Under the pieces are notes generated by a model. That model ran no database searches and had not been told where the DNA came from. It saw nothing but the letters and a program-made list of their open reading frames with translations. From positions 1 through 58,756 of the forward strand of contig JBFHWX010000003.1 in assembly GCA_041599275.1 (NCBI GenBank): a stretch of DNA of 58,756 nt. Reading direction: 5' to 3'. Of the stretch, positions 28,123-36,110 are shown piece by piece. A program made the translations under genes and the position numbers. The number at the start of each line of letters is the position of its first letter. Position 1 is the stretch's first letter. This DNA comes from Desulfobulbales bacterium. Lineage in GTDB: Bacteria; Desulfobacterota; Desulfobulbia; Desulfobulbales; BM004.

Positions 28123-28692
28123 ATGGGACTTATGACACGCTTGGTGAGGATCTGGAAGGCCGATGTGCACGGCGTCATGGATCAATTGGAGGACCGGCAG
28201 CTGGTGGTGAAGCAGTGTCTGCGGGAAATGGAAGAGGATCTGCTGCGCTTGGAGGCGCGTCTCGAACAATGCGACCGGCAACTCCGTGGGGCAGGTAAGC
28301 GGCTCGAGGAATGGCGCGATGAATTCCAGCGCCTTGGGGGTGACCTCGAGATCGCCCTGGAGGGTGGCAAGGAGGAGATCGCCCGGATGATCGTCAGAAA
28401 GCGGCTCGGGCTCCGGGCCCACATCGACGAAACCGAACGCCGGGCCGCGGCCCTTGACGAAGAGTGCGGCCGCCTCCGGGAAAAGCTTGCCGAGCGGCGC
28501 CGCATCCATGAGCGGTTGCAGGGCCGGGCCGCCGCCTCTTTCCCGCGGGGGCAAGAAAGCGGAAGCGGCCTGTGGGAAGAGGGCAGTCGCCTGGCGGTGC
28601 CGGAGCCGGAGGCCGAGGAAATCGAGCTCGAGTTGCTCAAGGAAAAGGCCCGGTTGCGGCAGGCGGCAACGGAAAAGGAGGTGAGGCCATGA
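28123..28692 (+). CDS. PspA/IM30 family protein
   Basis: MGLMTRLVRIWKADVHGVMDQLED..LVVKQ.LREME; AL..GKEEIAR; coiled coil; C-terminal IELEL..K. Confidence 0.85.
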   Translation: MGLMTRLVRIWKADVHGVMDQLEDRQLVVKQCLREMEEDLLRLEARLEQCDRQLRGAGKRLEEWRDEFQRLGGDLEIALEGGKEEIARMIVRKRLGLRAHIDETERRAAALDEECGRLREKLAERRRIHERLQGRAAASFPRGQESGSGLWEEGSRLAVPEPEAEEIELELLKEKARLRQAATEKEVRP

Positions 28693-29246
28693 CAGCGAGA
28701 AAACATCCCCTGCGCAGCACCATCGCCTATGGCCTGCTTGCCGCTCTTTTCCTGTTGCCCCTGGTCTCTTTTTTCGGCCTGCTGCTGCCTGGCGGCCGGG
28801 CACTGGCCGCAGCCGGGCTCCTGCTCATTGCGGGCTACGGCCTTCTGCTTGCCGCCTGGAGCGGAAATGGCCGGCGGCGGGGCGGGCTCATGGTTTTTCT
28901 GCTGCCCCTGGTGGTGCTGCTGGGCCATGGTACGCCGGCCCTCTTCTGGAGCACCGCTCTCGTGGCCCTGGCCTGGTACCGCAGTTTCTTCCTCTTTGGC
29001 GGCCGGCTACTGGTTCATCTGCCCCTCGAACTCATGCTCTGTGGCGGCGGCTGGTTTCTGGCCACAACCTGCGGCCTGGGAGGGGCTGCAGGACCGCTTA
29101 CTCTGATGTTCGGGGTCTTTCTGTTCTTCCTCGTCCAGTCCCTGTATTTCGTGGTGGGGAACCATGAAGGGGAGGGGGAGGCGGGGCATGATCCCTTTGA
29201 GGCGGCCCGTCGCCGGGCCGAAGCCGTGCTGGGGCCTGATTGCTGA
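28689..29246 (+). CDS. Hypothetical multi-pass membrane protein
   Basis: ATGA overlap with the PspA-like gene; several hydrophobic segments; FFLVQSLYF...DPFEAARRRAEAVL tail. Confidence 0.7.
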   Translation: MTARKHPLRSTIAYGLLAALFLLPLVSFFGLLLPGGRALAAAGLLLIAGYGLLLAAWSGNGRRRGGLMVFLLPLVVLLGHGTPALFWSTALVALAWYRSFFLFGGRLLVHLPLELMLCGGGWFLATTCGLGGAAGPLTLMFGVFLFFLVQSLYFVVGNHEGEGEAGHDPFEAARRRAEAVLGPDC

Positions 29247-29334
29247 TGGGAGCGGCAGCGGGTAAACAAACCGTCCCCATTGACCGATAAGACATGTAAG
29301 AGAAGATTCCGTTTATGCCAGGGAGGAAAACGCC

Positions 29335-29448
29335 ATGACATCCAGGGAAGCGGTCAAGATACTGATGCTCAGTCCTTTCTATTTCATCCTCACCCTGCCG
29401 GAGCGACGGATGCTGGTGGACGAGCTCTGCGCTCTGCACGGGCGCTGA
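29335..29448 (+). CDS. Small protein, 37 aa (absent from the ORF track)
   Basis: GGGAGGAAAACGCC-ATG; MTSREAVKILMLSPFYFILTLPERRMLVDELCALHGR; a terminator follows. Confidence 0.65.
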   Translation: MTSREAVKILMLSPFYFILTLPERRMLVDELCALHGR

Positions 29449-29472
29449 AAAGAGCGGGTAAATCCTATCCAC

Positions 29473-29526
29473 AGAGCGGCCTTGGCCTGGGTAAATCTTA
29501 CCCAGGTCAAGGCCGCTCTTTTTTTT
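29473..29526 (+). terminator. Long hairpin terminator (22-bp stem, one G-T pair) with an embedded palindromic site
   Basis: AGAGCGGCCTTGGCCTGGGTAA-ATC-TTACCCAGGTCAAGGCCGCTCT-TTTTTTT. Confidence 0.75.
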
Positions 29527-29576
29527 AAAAAAAGTTATTTTGTTGTTTTTGTGTATTGTTTTTTATTCGCCTGGGC

Positions 29577-29594
29577 CTGGCATGTCGCATGCAT
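29577..29594 (+). promoter_or_regulatory. Putative sigma54 promoter of sRNA-1
   Basis: CTGGCATGTCGCATGCAT with GG(29579-80)-N10-GC(29591-92), preceded by an AT-rich tract. Confidence 0.65.
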
Positions 29595-29604
29595 TACAGA
29601 GCGT

Positions 29605-29688
29605 AAGTTATGGCGAAGGTTTTCTCTTCCTCATACCTCCTTCCTTTCCCCGCACCCGGCCCTCCCCCTCAGGGCCGGGTATTTTTTT
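29605..29688 (+). ncRNA. Putative sigma54-dependent base-pairing sRNA-1 (~84 nt)
   Basis: Lies between a -24/-12 promoter and a + strand terminator ACCCGGCCCT-CCCCCTC-AGGGCCGGGT-ATTTTTTT; CU-rich core CTCATACCTCCTTCCTTTCCCC; no complete ORF inside. Confidence 0.6.
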
Positions 29689-29716
29689 GCCGAAAAAACG
29701 ACCCATTGGGGCGTTG

Positions 29717-32700
29717 TCATTGGTCGCTCTTCTTCTCGGCAGGCAGCAGGGGGCCAAGGATGGTGAAGGGCAGCATCAGGGTGTCCTTCACCATGCCAAG
29801 CAGACCCTCGCCGATGGCCTCCGGTGGCAGCACGGTGATGGCCGGCTCCGCCAGCGGCCCCTTCACTCCCAGGGGGATGGTGATCACCGTCTGCCGCCGG
29901 CCGCCGAGTACGCCCCCCAGGAGCGGGACCTTGCTGACGATGGCGTCCAGGGTTTTCAAAGGAGCGATGAGCACGGTCATGTCGGCGGTCATGCTTGCCA
30001 GATCGAGGCTGCCGAGGATGAAGAGGTCGATGCCCTCGCCGCGGACCAAAGCCCGTTTGATGGTGAGGATGTCGTGGTCGATTTCGGCCTCGAGGAGCAG
30101 TTGCGAAAAGGGAAAACCCTCCTGCTCGTAATCGTCCACCGTGGCGGCGGAGAGGATGCCGGTGAGATTGACCACGCTGAAAATTTGCGAGAGCATTTTC
30201 AACCGCAAAATCCGTCCCGCCCTGGAATGAACGGAAACGGAGCCCCGGGACCAGCGGCCGCTCGCCCGTTGCAGTTTTATGTCGCTCGAGAAGGAGCCGC
30301 TCACCACGTTCTGGCGGACTTCCAGGCAAGGCAGCACCTCCTCGAAGCGCAGTGGCTGGGCCGGATCGTTTTTGAGAAAAACGGTGCTGGCGCCCAGGGC
30401 GTCGCTTGAGTGGATCTCTCCCCGCATGGGCAGGCCACAAAGCAGAGCACGGTCGACGGTGATGGAAGAGCTCCGGCCGGGGTGCAGAGTGACGGTGCCG
30501 GCCAGCTCTTGAAAGGTCAGGGTGCGGGCCGGTTTTTCAGCCAGGGTGTGGGCGGTGGCGGTGGTGAAACGCCCGCAGGAGAAGCGGATGGTTCCCCTGA
30601 CAGAGTCGGCCAGGCCGGTTTTTTGCTGGTTTTCCGGGATGTTTTTTCTGGCTCCCTGGAGGTCGGCGAGGTACTGGCGAAAGTGCAGGGAGGAAAAGGT
30701 GGCGAGCAGGGAATCGAGGTTGTCGCGGCTCAGCGCCGCCGCCTTGAGATCGAGGCTGACCCGCGGCCCGGCGGAGTCGAAGTCCAGGCTGCCCCGGGCG
30801 GTCATTTCCTCGCCCCCGTACTGAACGGTTAGTTCGTCCACCGCCAGGGAGCTTTCCCGGCCGGCCAGGGAAAGGGCCGGGATGGAGAGGAAATCGTTTT
30901 CCGCCACCGGTTGCCAGATCATGGCGCGGCCTTGGAGGTTACCGGAAAAGTCCATCGGTTTGTCGCTGCCCTCTTCCCGCAGGAGCCAGTTTCCGGTGAG
31001 GGAGCCCTGCTGCAGGCTGCTTGTCTCGAAAAGCGCCTGCAAAGTGGCGGCCTCCAGGCTTCCTTGCCAGCGTATGGCAAATGGGCCGCCGTTCTTGGCA
31101 AGCCTGATGTCGAGCTCGAGGTCACTGCTTGCGGCACGAAACCGGCTCTCCGTGAGTTCGAAAATTTTTGGCGTGTTTCGCAGCTGGAACTGCACCGCTG
31201 GCTCCCCTGCACCGCCGCGGCCCGCCGCCACGGTGCCGTCCACCCGGGTCTCGCCGCTGCCCCAGCTCACCGAGAAATCCCGCAGGGTGCAGGGCAGGCG
31301 CGGAAAATAGGCCGGCGGCACCCATTTTTTTTCTTTGACCCAGCGGCCCGCCTGTTCCTCTACGGTGGTGTTGAGAAACAAAGTGCCCTGCCACGAGCGG
31401 AAAGCGGCGTGCTGGAGTGTACCGCTCAAGCCGATGCCGGTATCGCCCACGGTGCCGGTGAGTCGCTCCAGCTCGAGCCCGCTCTCCGAGAGGGTGGCGG
31501 AGCCCTCGGCGCCATGTACCGGGCCCGGCAGCAGGGGGGTCTGCCAGCCCAGGTTCTGGCCGGAAAAGGCGATACGGAAAGAGCGGCCGTCGTCCTTTCC
31601 CAAGCCGCCTTCGAACCGCGCCTGGTGCACGGTCAGGTTGCCGGAGGCGGTGGTGACCGTCTTTTCGAGCTCCGGGCCGCCCAGGCCGAGGCGGCGAAGC
31701 TCGGCCAGGAGCGCGCCGGCGTCGAGTTGGGCCGCCAGGCTTTCGAGGTGTAGAACCGTTTTCCCTTCACCCCAACCGACGCTGCCCGTTGAGGAGTCTA
31801 TCCGCAGTTTGCCGCTGCCGCCGGCTATTGCCTGCCAGCTCACCCGTTTCGGCTCCACCCGCAGTCCGCCCCGGCTGAGGGTCAGTGGATCGCCCAGGCG
31901 GTCGTAGCGGACAGTGGCCCGCTCCGTGGCCTTGATCTCGAGTTGGGTGGTTATCTCGTGCAGCCTGTCGCCCAGGAAAAGGTGGCCCCGGGCCCGGCCG
32001 CTGGCTTCGGAAAAGCGGCTGAGCTCGCGCCGAAAGGGCTCGCTGGGCACCACCCGGTGCAGCACCGCCGGCAGTTCGGCGAGGTCTGCGTCGAGGTCGA
32101 GACCGAGCGAAAAGGCCCGTTGTTCACCGGTCAGGTCGAGTCGCAGGGTACCGTTGGTGCCCCTGCTGTTTCCCATTTCGGCCGCAAGATCGCGGCCGCT
32201 CAGGGTGCCACCGGCAATCTCGATGGGGCCGCGGGCGCCGGTGAGTTTCAGGTCGCCGTAGGGTACGTGGATGGTGGCTCCGTCGACTTCGGCGGTGACC
32301 CGCATCGAATTGATGTCGCCAAAAGCGGCCGGCTCGCCGTGAAAGGAAAAGGAGGCGCTGCGGGCCGAGCCGCCCTGCACGATGTCGCAGACCAGTCTGG
32401 CCACTTTGTGCTCGCTCCAGAGGGCGAGAACAGCCCCCCGGACGCCGGTGAGGTCGACCCCGGCAGCCTCCAGATCGATGAGCCATCCGGCGGCCGGCGT
32501 TTCGCCGTCTCCCGAAAGAGCGGCCACCGGCAGGCGGGCCAGCCGGCCGTGAAGGGTGAAGGCAGGCTCATTCACCTCGAGCCGCTCGATGTCGAGCTCG
32601 AACGATTTCTCTTGCCGGTGCAGACTGAGGGCCGTTTTCCCCAGGCGGACCGGCAGGGAGGTGCTGCCGGTGGCCACCGAAAGAGAAGGCAGGTCGCCGG

Positions 32701-33442
32701 TCAGACGCAGGGTGTATTCTTGCTGGTTTGCAGCCTCGAGGGTACCGGTCCAGTCCAGGGGAGCAGTCTCGAGGCGCAACCGGCGGTCGAGAGCCGTCGG
32801 CAGATCCCCGGGCAGCTCGAGGCCGGAAAGCGTATACCGCAGGGAGGCGCGGCCCGAGGTGGGGTCAATGCCGCCTTCCACCGAAAGCAGGTTGGCAAGT
32901 GACACAACTCCGCTCTCGAGGCTGCCCGATATGCCGTCTGCCCCCAGGGCGATCCTGGCCTCGAGTGGCGAAAGCTCCAGGTGTTGGCGGCCGAGCAGCT
33001 CGCCTGTCTTCTCGTCGAGTTCGACAACAAGGGCGCCGTCCTGCAGCACGATATCGGCTCCGGGCAGGGCAAGTTTCCTTTGAACGCCCCCGGGTGCCAT
33101 TTCGGCCGGGTTGAGCAAGAGCCGGGGGCGCAGGCAGACGACCCGGCCGATGGCCACTCGGCCGGCGAGCAGCCCGACGACATCCGGAGAGATCCTGGTG
33201 TCGGGCAGGGTCGCGGTGAAGCCGGGTCCGCTCAGCCGGGCTTCGCTCAGGGAAAAGTGGGGAAAGGGCAGCCAGTGGAATTCGATGAGGGGGCACTCCA
33301 CCTGGCAGTCCAGGCGCAGGGCGAGCTGCTTGTTTATCTCTTCCCTGACCCGCTCGGTCTGCAGCAGGCGTGGGCTGAACACGGCGAGCAGGACGAGGAC
33401 GGCGGCCAGGATGAGAAATTGAAAGAGTCTCGTTCTTCGCAT
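29717..33442 (-). CDS. AsmA-like (YhdP/AsmA_2 C-terminal domain) envelope protein
   Basis: N-terminal TM anchor, long beta-rich body, C-terminal G..DL....D..VL.APLKT.D.IVSKVPLLG.VLGG....VKGPL.EP. Confidence 0.8.
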   Translation of the reverse strand: MRRTRLFQFLILAAVLVLLAVFSPRLLQTERVREEINKQLALRLDCQVECPLIEFHWLPFPHFSLSEARLSGPGFTATLPDTRISPDVVGLLAGRVAIGRVVCLRPRLLLNPAEMAPGGVQRKLALPGADIVLQDGALVVELDEKTGELLGRQHLELSPLEARIALGADGISGSLESGVVSLANLLSVEGGIDPTSGRASLRYTLSGLELPGDLPTALDRRLRLETAPLDWTGTLEAANQQEYTLRLTGDLPSLSVATGSTSLPVRLGKTALSLHRQEKSFELDIERLEVNEPAFTLHGRLARLPVAALSGDGETPAAGWLIDLEAAGVDLTGVRGAVLALWSEHKVARLVCDIVQGGSARSASFSFHGEPAAFGDINSMRVTAEVDGATIHVPYGDLKLTGARGPIEIAGGTLSGRDLAAEMGNSRGTNGTLRLDLTGEQRAFSLGLDLDADLAELPAVLHRVVPSEPFRRELSRFSEASGRARGHLFLGDRLHEITTQLEIKATERATVRYDRLGDPLTLSRGGLRVEPKRVSWQAIAGGSGKLRIDSSTGSVGWGEGKTVLHLESLAAQLDAGALLAELRRLGLGGPELEKTVTTASGNLTVHQARFEGGLGKDDGRSFRIAFSGQNLGWQTPLLPGPVHGAEGSATLSESGLELERLTGTVGDTGIGLSGTLQHAAFRSWQGTLFLNTTVEEQAGRWVKEKKWVPPAYFPRLPCTLRDFSVSWGSGETRVDGTVAAGRGGAGEPAVQFQLRNTPKIFELTESRFRAASSDLELDIRLAKNGGPFAIRWQGSLEAATLQALFETSSLQQGSLTGNWLLREEGSDKPMDFSGNLQGRAMIWQPVAENDFLSIPALSLAGRESSLAVDELTVQYGGEEMTARGSLDFDSAGPRVSLDLKAAALSRDNLDSLLATFSSLHFRQYLADLQGARKNIPENQQKTGLADSVRGTIRFSCGRFTTATAHTLAEKPARTLTFQELAGTVTLHPGRSSSITVDRALLCGLPMRGEIHSSDALGASTVFLKNDPAQPLRFEEVLPCLEVRQNVVSGSFSSDIKLQRASGRWSRGSVSVHSRAGRILRLKMLSQIFSVVNLTGILSAATVDDYEQEGFPFSQLLLEAEIDHDILTIKRALVRGEGIDLFILGSLDLASMTADMTVLIAPLKTLDAIVSKVPLLGGVLGGRRQTVITIPLGVKGPLAEPAITVLPPEAIGEGLLGMVKDTLMLPFTILGPLLPAEKKSDQ

Positions 33443-33706
33443 CGTCTGGCCCGGGCAGGCGACCGGTGGTCGGGAAATGCTGCGGGGCCGGCAAACAGGC
33501 AACGCAGCGTGGGAGGTCGGAAAAAATGTTCTGGCCCGGGCTCGCCCCGGCGAAACGGGTGGTTTCGTGGAGAGAGGGTCCTCTGGGACGCGGGGCCGAA
33601 GAGCCTTTCAAGGTATCATTTTTCCAAGGAGTCCACAAGGCGGATCGCGGCGAAGCGAATGCACCGGGTTCGGCGGCATGGTCTTCACTCGCTGGACGGG
33701 ATGAAA

Positions 33707-33902
33707 GTAAAAAAAATTGTACGCCGTTGGGGGATCGCTTCCCTGCCCCTCGCCTGCTGGGCCTTTTCGGTGGCATGGCGGTCGACCGGCGGTTGTGTTT
33801 TTTGTGGTTAAAAAAATTGTACCTGTTGGGATGTCGCGGGTTTATGACATTTTCCACCCTGGCGAGCTGGTGGGCGGCAGAGAAAAGTTTAAAAAATTGT
33901 AT
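33707..33902. repeat. Three dispersed copies of GTWWAAAAAATTGTA plus an ATGTC-N10-GACAT palindrome (candidate enhancer sites)
   Basis: Copies start at 33707, 33807 and 33887; palindrome at 33831-33850. Confidence 0.65.
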
Positions 33903-33990
33903 CGGACCTCGAGCCCATGAGAAGCCGTGTGCTTCGGATAACCACCCTGAATTCCGAGCTAAAGGGCCATTGTTTTCTGTTGCTGTGGAT

Positions 33991-34008
33991 GTGGCATGCT
34001 GGTTGCAA
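33991..34008 (+). promoter_or_regulatory. Putative sigma54 promoter of sRNA-2
   Basis: GTGGCATGCTGGTTGCAA, near-consensus TGGCA(C/T)-N5-TTGCA; GG 33993-94, GC 34005-06. Confidence 0.75.
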
Positions 34009-34017
34009 TACCTATGG

Positions 34018-34093
34018 CAAGAGCCAATTAGCTCTTATCTCCTTTCTCCGAAAAGGCCGGCCTTGTCCCCCCAAGACCGGCCTTTTCATTTTT
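34018..34093 (+). ncRNA. Putative sigma54-dependent base-pairing sRNA-2 (~76 nt)
   Basis: 5' hairpin AAGAGC-CAATTA-GCTCTT; unpaired ATCTCCTTTCTCC; terminator GAAAAGGCCGGCCTTG-TCCCCC-CAAGACCGGCCTTTTC-ATTTTT. Confidence 0.62.
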
Positions 34094-34212
34094 AAGGTTT
34101 CCCCGTTTTTTTCAAAGAAAACCATGACCGCCGGCCGGGCTGCGGCTCCTGCGGTTTGCGCGCTTCCGGCCGGGCAGTTTTGCCGCGGGAAGCCGTGTCT
34201 TCCTGGTGCGCG

Positions 34213-35151
34213 ATGGAATTGACTGAAACAAAGGTGGCGCTTCAGGCATGCGCCGGATACCGGCTCCAGCCCATGAAGGACGGGGTCGAGCATTTGTGCC
34301 GAGCCCTCGGCTTTTCGGTTTCCGCCGGCCAGCGAATTCTGCTCAAGCCCAACCTGGTGAGCGGCGGAGCCAGCAGTGGGCTGTCCTGTACCCACCCCCG
34401 GTTCGTGGTGGCGGTGGCGCAGTGGTGCCTTGACCATGGGGCGCGGGTGGCGGTGGGTGATTCACCGGCCTTCGGCTCTGCCCGTTCGGTGATGGCCGCC
34501 TGTGGCTTGCTGGATGCACTGGGTAAACTGCCGGTGCGGTTGGCGGATTTTTCCAAAGTGCGGCGGGTGCGTTTGGCTTCGGGAGAGGAGGTGGGACTTG
34601 CCGAGGAGGCCCTGCAGTGCGACGAGCTGGTCAATCTGCCGCGGGTCAAGGCCCATGGGCAGCTCTTTGTCACCCTGGCGGTGAAGAATTATTTCGGCAC
34701 CGTGGTCGGCCTTCGCAAGCCGTGCTGGCATATGCGTCATGGCGGGCAAGCGGGCCGCTTCGAGGAACTGCTCGTCGATCTGCTGGCGGTCCTGCCCGGC
34801 GGCATCAGCCTGGCAGATGGTATCGAGGCCATGCACCGGGACGGGCCGGTTTCCGGCGAGCCCTTTGCCCTTGGGGTGCTCGGGGCGAGCCGCAATCCGG
34901 TGGCCCTCGACACGGCGCTGCTCGAGATCCTGCGGCTCTCGCCTGGTGCCAGCCCCCTGTGGCGGGAAGCGGCCCGCCGCCGGCTTCCCGGCGTCCGGCT
35001 GAACCATGGGGATTTTGTGCTCAACCAGCCGGCGGAGTTGGCCAGGGCCGGCTTTCAGGCGCCGGCGGAGTTGCAGCCTATCCGTTTCCAGCCCTGGCGG
35101 GTGGCCCGCGGCGTTGGCAAACGGTTGCTGACTTTCCTGGTTCGGCGTTGA
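34213..35151 (+). CDS. DUF362 domain protein
   Basis: ILLKPNLV...CTHP, VGDSP.FGS, NLPRVKAH...TLAVKNYFG, DGIEAM...GP..G, NPVALD. Confidence 0.88.
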   Translation: MELTETKVALQACAGYRLQPMKDGVEHLCRALGFSVSAGQRILLKPNLVSGGASSGLSCTHPRFVVAVAQWCLDHGARVAVGDSPAFGSARSVMAACGLLDALGKLPVRLADFSKVRRVRLASGEEVGLAEEALQCDELVNLPRVKAHGQLFVTLAVKNYFGTVVGLRKPCWHMRHGGQAGRFEELLVDLLAVLPGGISLADGIEAMHRDGPVSGEPFALGVLGASRNPVALDTALLEILRLSPGASPLWREAARRRLPGVRLNHGDFVLNQPAELARAGFQAPAELQPIRFQPWRVARGVGKRLLTFLVRR

Positions 35152-35357
35152 CCGGTTTCTCCGCTCTTGATCTTTTTCGGGGGTGCCTGTACATTTAGCG
35201 CCATTTCCAGGCGGAAACCGGTCGTTGCGGTGGCTGGTCTTTTTCCGCCAAAGCAGCCGGGGCCGTCGGGATCCCGGCCTTCCCGTTGCCGGGTAAGTGC
35301 TTCTCGGCTTCTGGCATCCCGATCTCTTTGAAAATTCGATGGACAAGGAACCGTATT

Positions 35358-36110
35358 ATGTTTGATCTGCAGGGTAAAGTTGCACTGATCACCGGCGGCT
35401 CGCGGGGTATCGGGCGGGCCATTGCCCTCCGTCTCGCCGCCAGCGGCGTCAATCTGGTGGTCAACTACGTGCGCCACAAGCGGGATGCCGAAACCACCGC
35501 CGAAGCTGCCAAGGCACTGGGCGTGAAATGTCTGGTGATCAAGGCCAACGTGGCCAACGACGAGGACGTGGCCGAGATGTTCGAGCGCATCAAGGCTGAA
35601 TTCAACGCCCTGCACATCCTGGTCAGCAATGCCGCCTCGGGGGTGCTGAAGCCGGCGCTTGAACTCAACACCCGGCATTGGAACTGGGCCATGGACATCA
35701 ACGCCCGGGCGCTCCTCACCCTTTCCCACCACGCCGTGCCGATGATGTCCGCGGGCGCCCGGATCATCGCCGTTTCCAGCCTCGGCGCCGTGCGGGCCAT
35801 TGAAAACTACACGGCGGTGGGCGCCTCCAAGGCCGCCCTTGAATCCCTGGTTCGCCACCTGGCGGTGGAGCTCGGCCCCCGGGGCATTCACGTCAACACC
35901 ATCAGCGCCGGCGCGGTGGACACCGAAGCCCTGAAAAAATTCCCCAACCGCACCGAGATTCTCGACACCGCCCTGGGACGCACCCCCATGGGTCGCCTCA
36001 CCACGCCCGAGGATGTGGCCGACATCGCGCTCTTTCTCTGCAGTGACCTGGCCGCCATGATCCAGGGCCAGACCATCGTGGTCGACGGCGGTTATTCGAT
36101 CCGCGGCTGA
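35358..36110 (+). CDS. fabL: Enoyl-ACP reductase FabL-like short-chain dehydrogenase
   Basis: TGGSRGIG, SNAASGVLKPALEL, SSLGAVRAIENYTAVGASKAALESL, DTEALKKFPNR. Confidence 0.85.
   Translation: MFDLQGKVALITGGSRGIGRAIALRLAASGVNLVVNYVRHKRDAETTAEAAKALGVKCLVIKANVANDEDVAEMFERIKAEFNALHILVSNAASGVLKPALELNTRHWNWAMDINARALLTLSHHAVPMMSAGARIIAVSSLGAVRAIENYTAVGASKAALESLVRHLAVELGPRGIHVNTISAGAVDTEALKKFPNRTEILDTALGRTPMGRLTTPEDVADIALFLCSDLAAMIQGQTIVVDGGYSIRG

Noticed and set aside
29608-29634. Minus-strand micro-ORF MRKRKPSP after AAGGAGGT
   Set aside because: The SD abuts the ATG with no spacer and the ORF is only 8 codons; better explained as the complement of the sRNA-1 seed
29540-30409. Plus-strand ORFs (29540-30409, 29610-30131) across the sRNA-1 locus
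   Set aside because: No RBS, they cross a strong terminator, lie antisense to the AsmA-like gene and have no recognisable motifs
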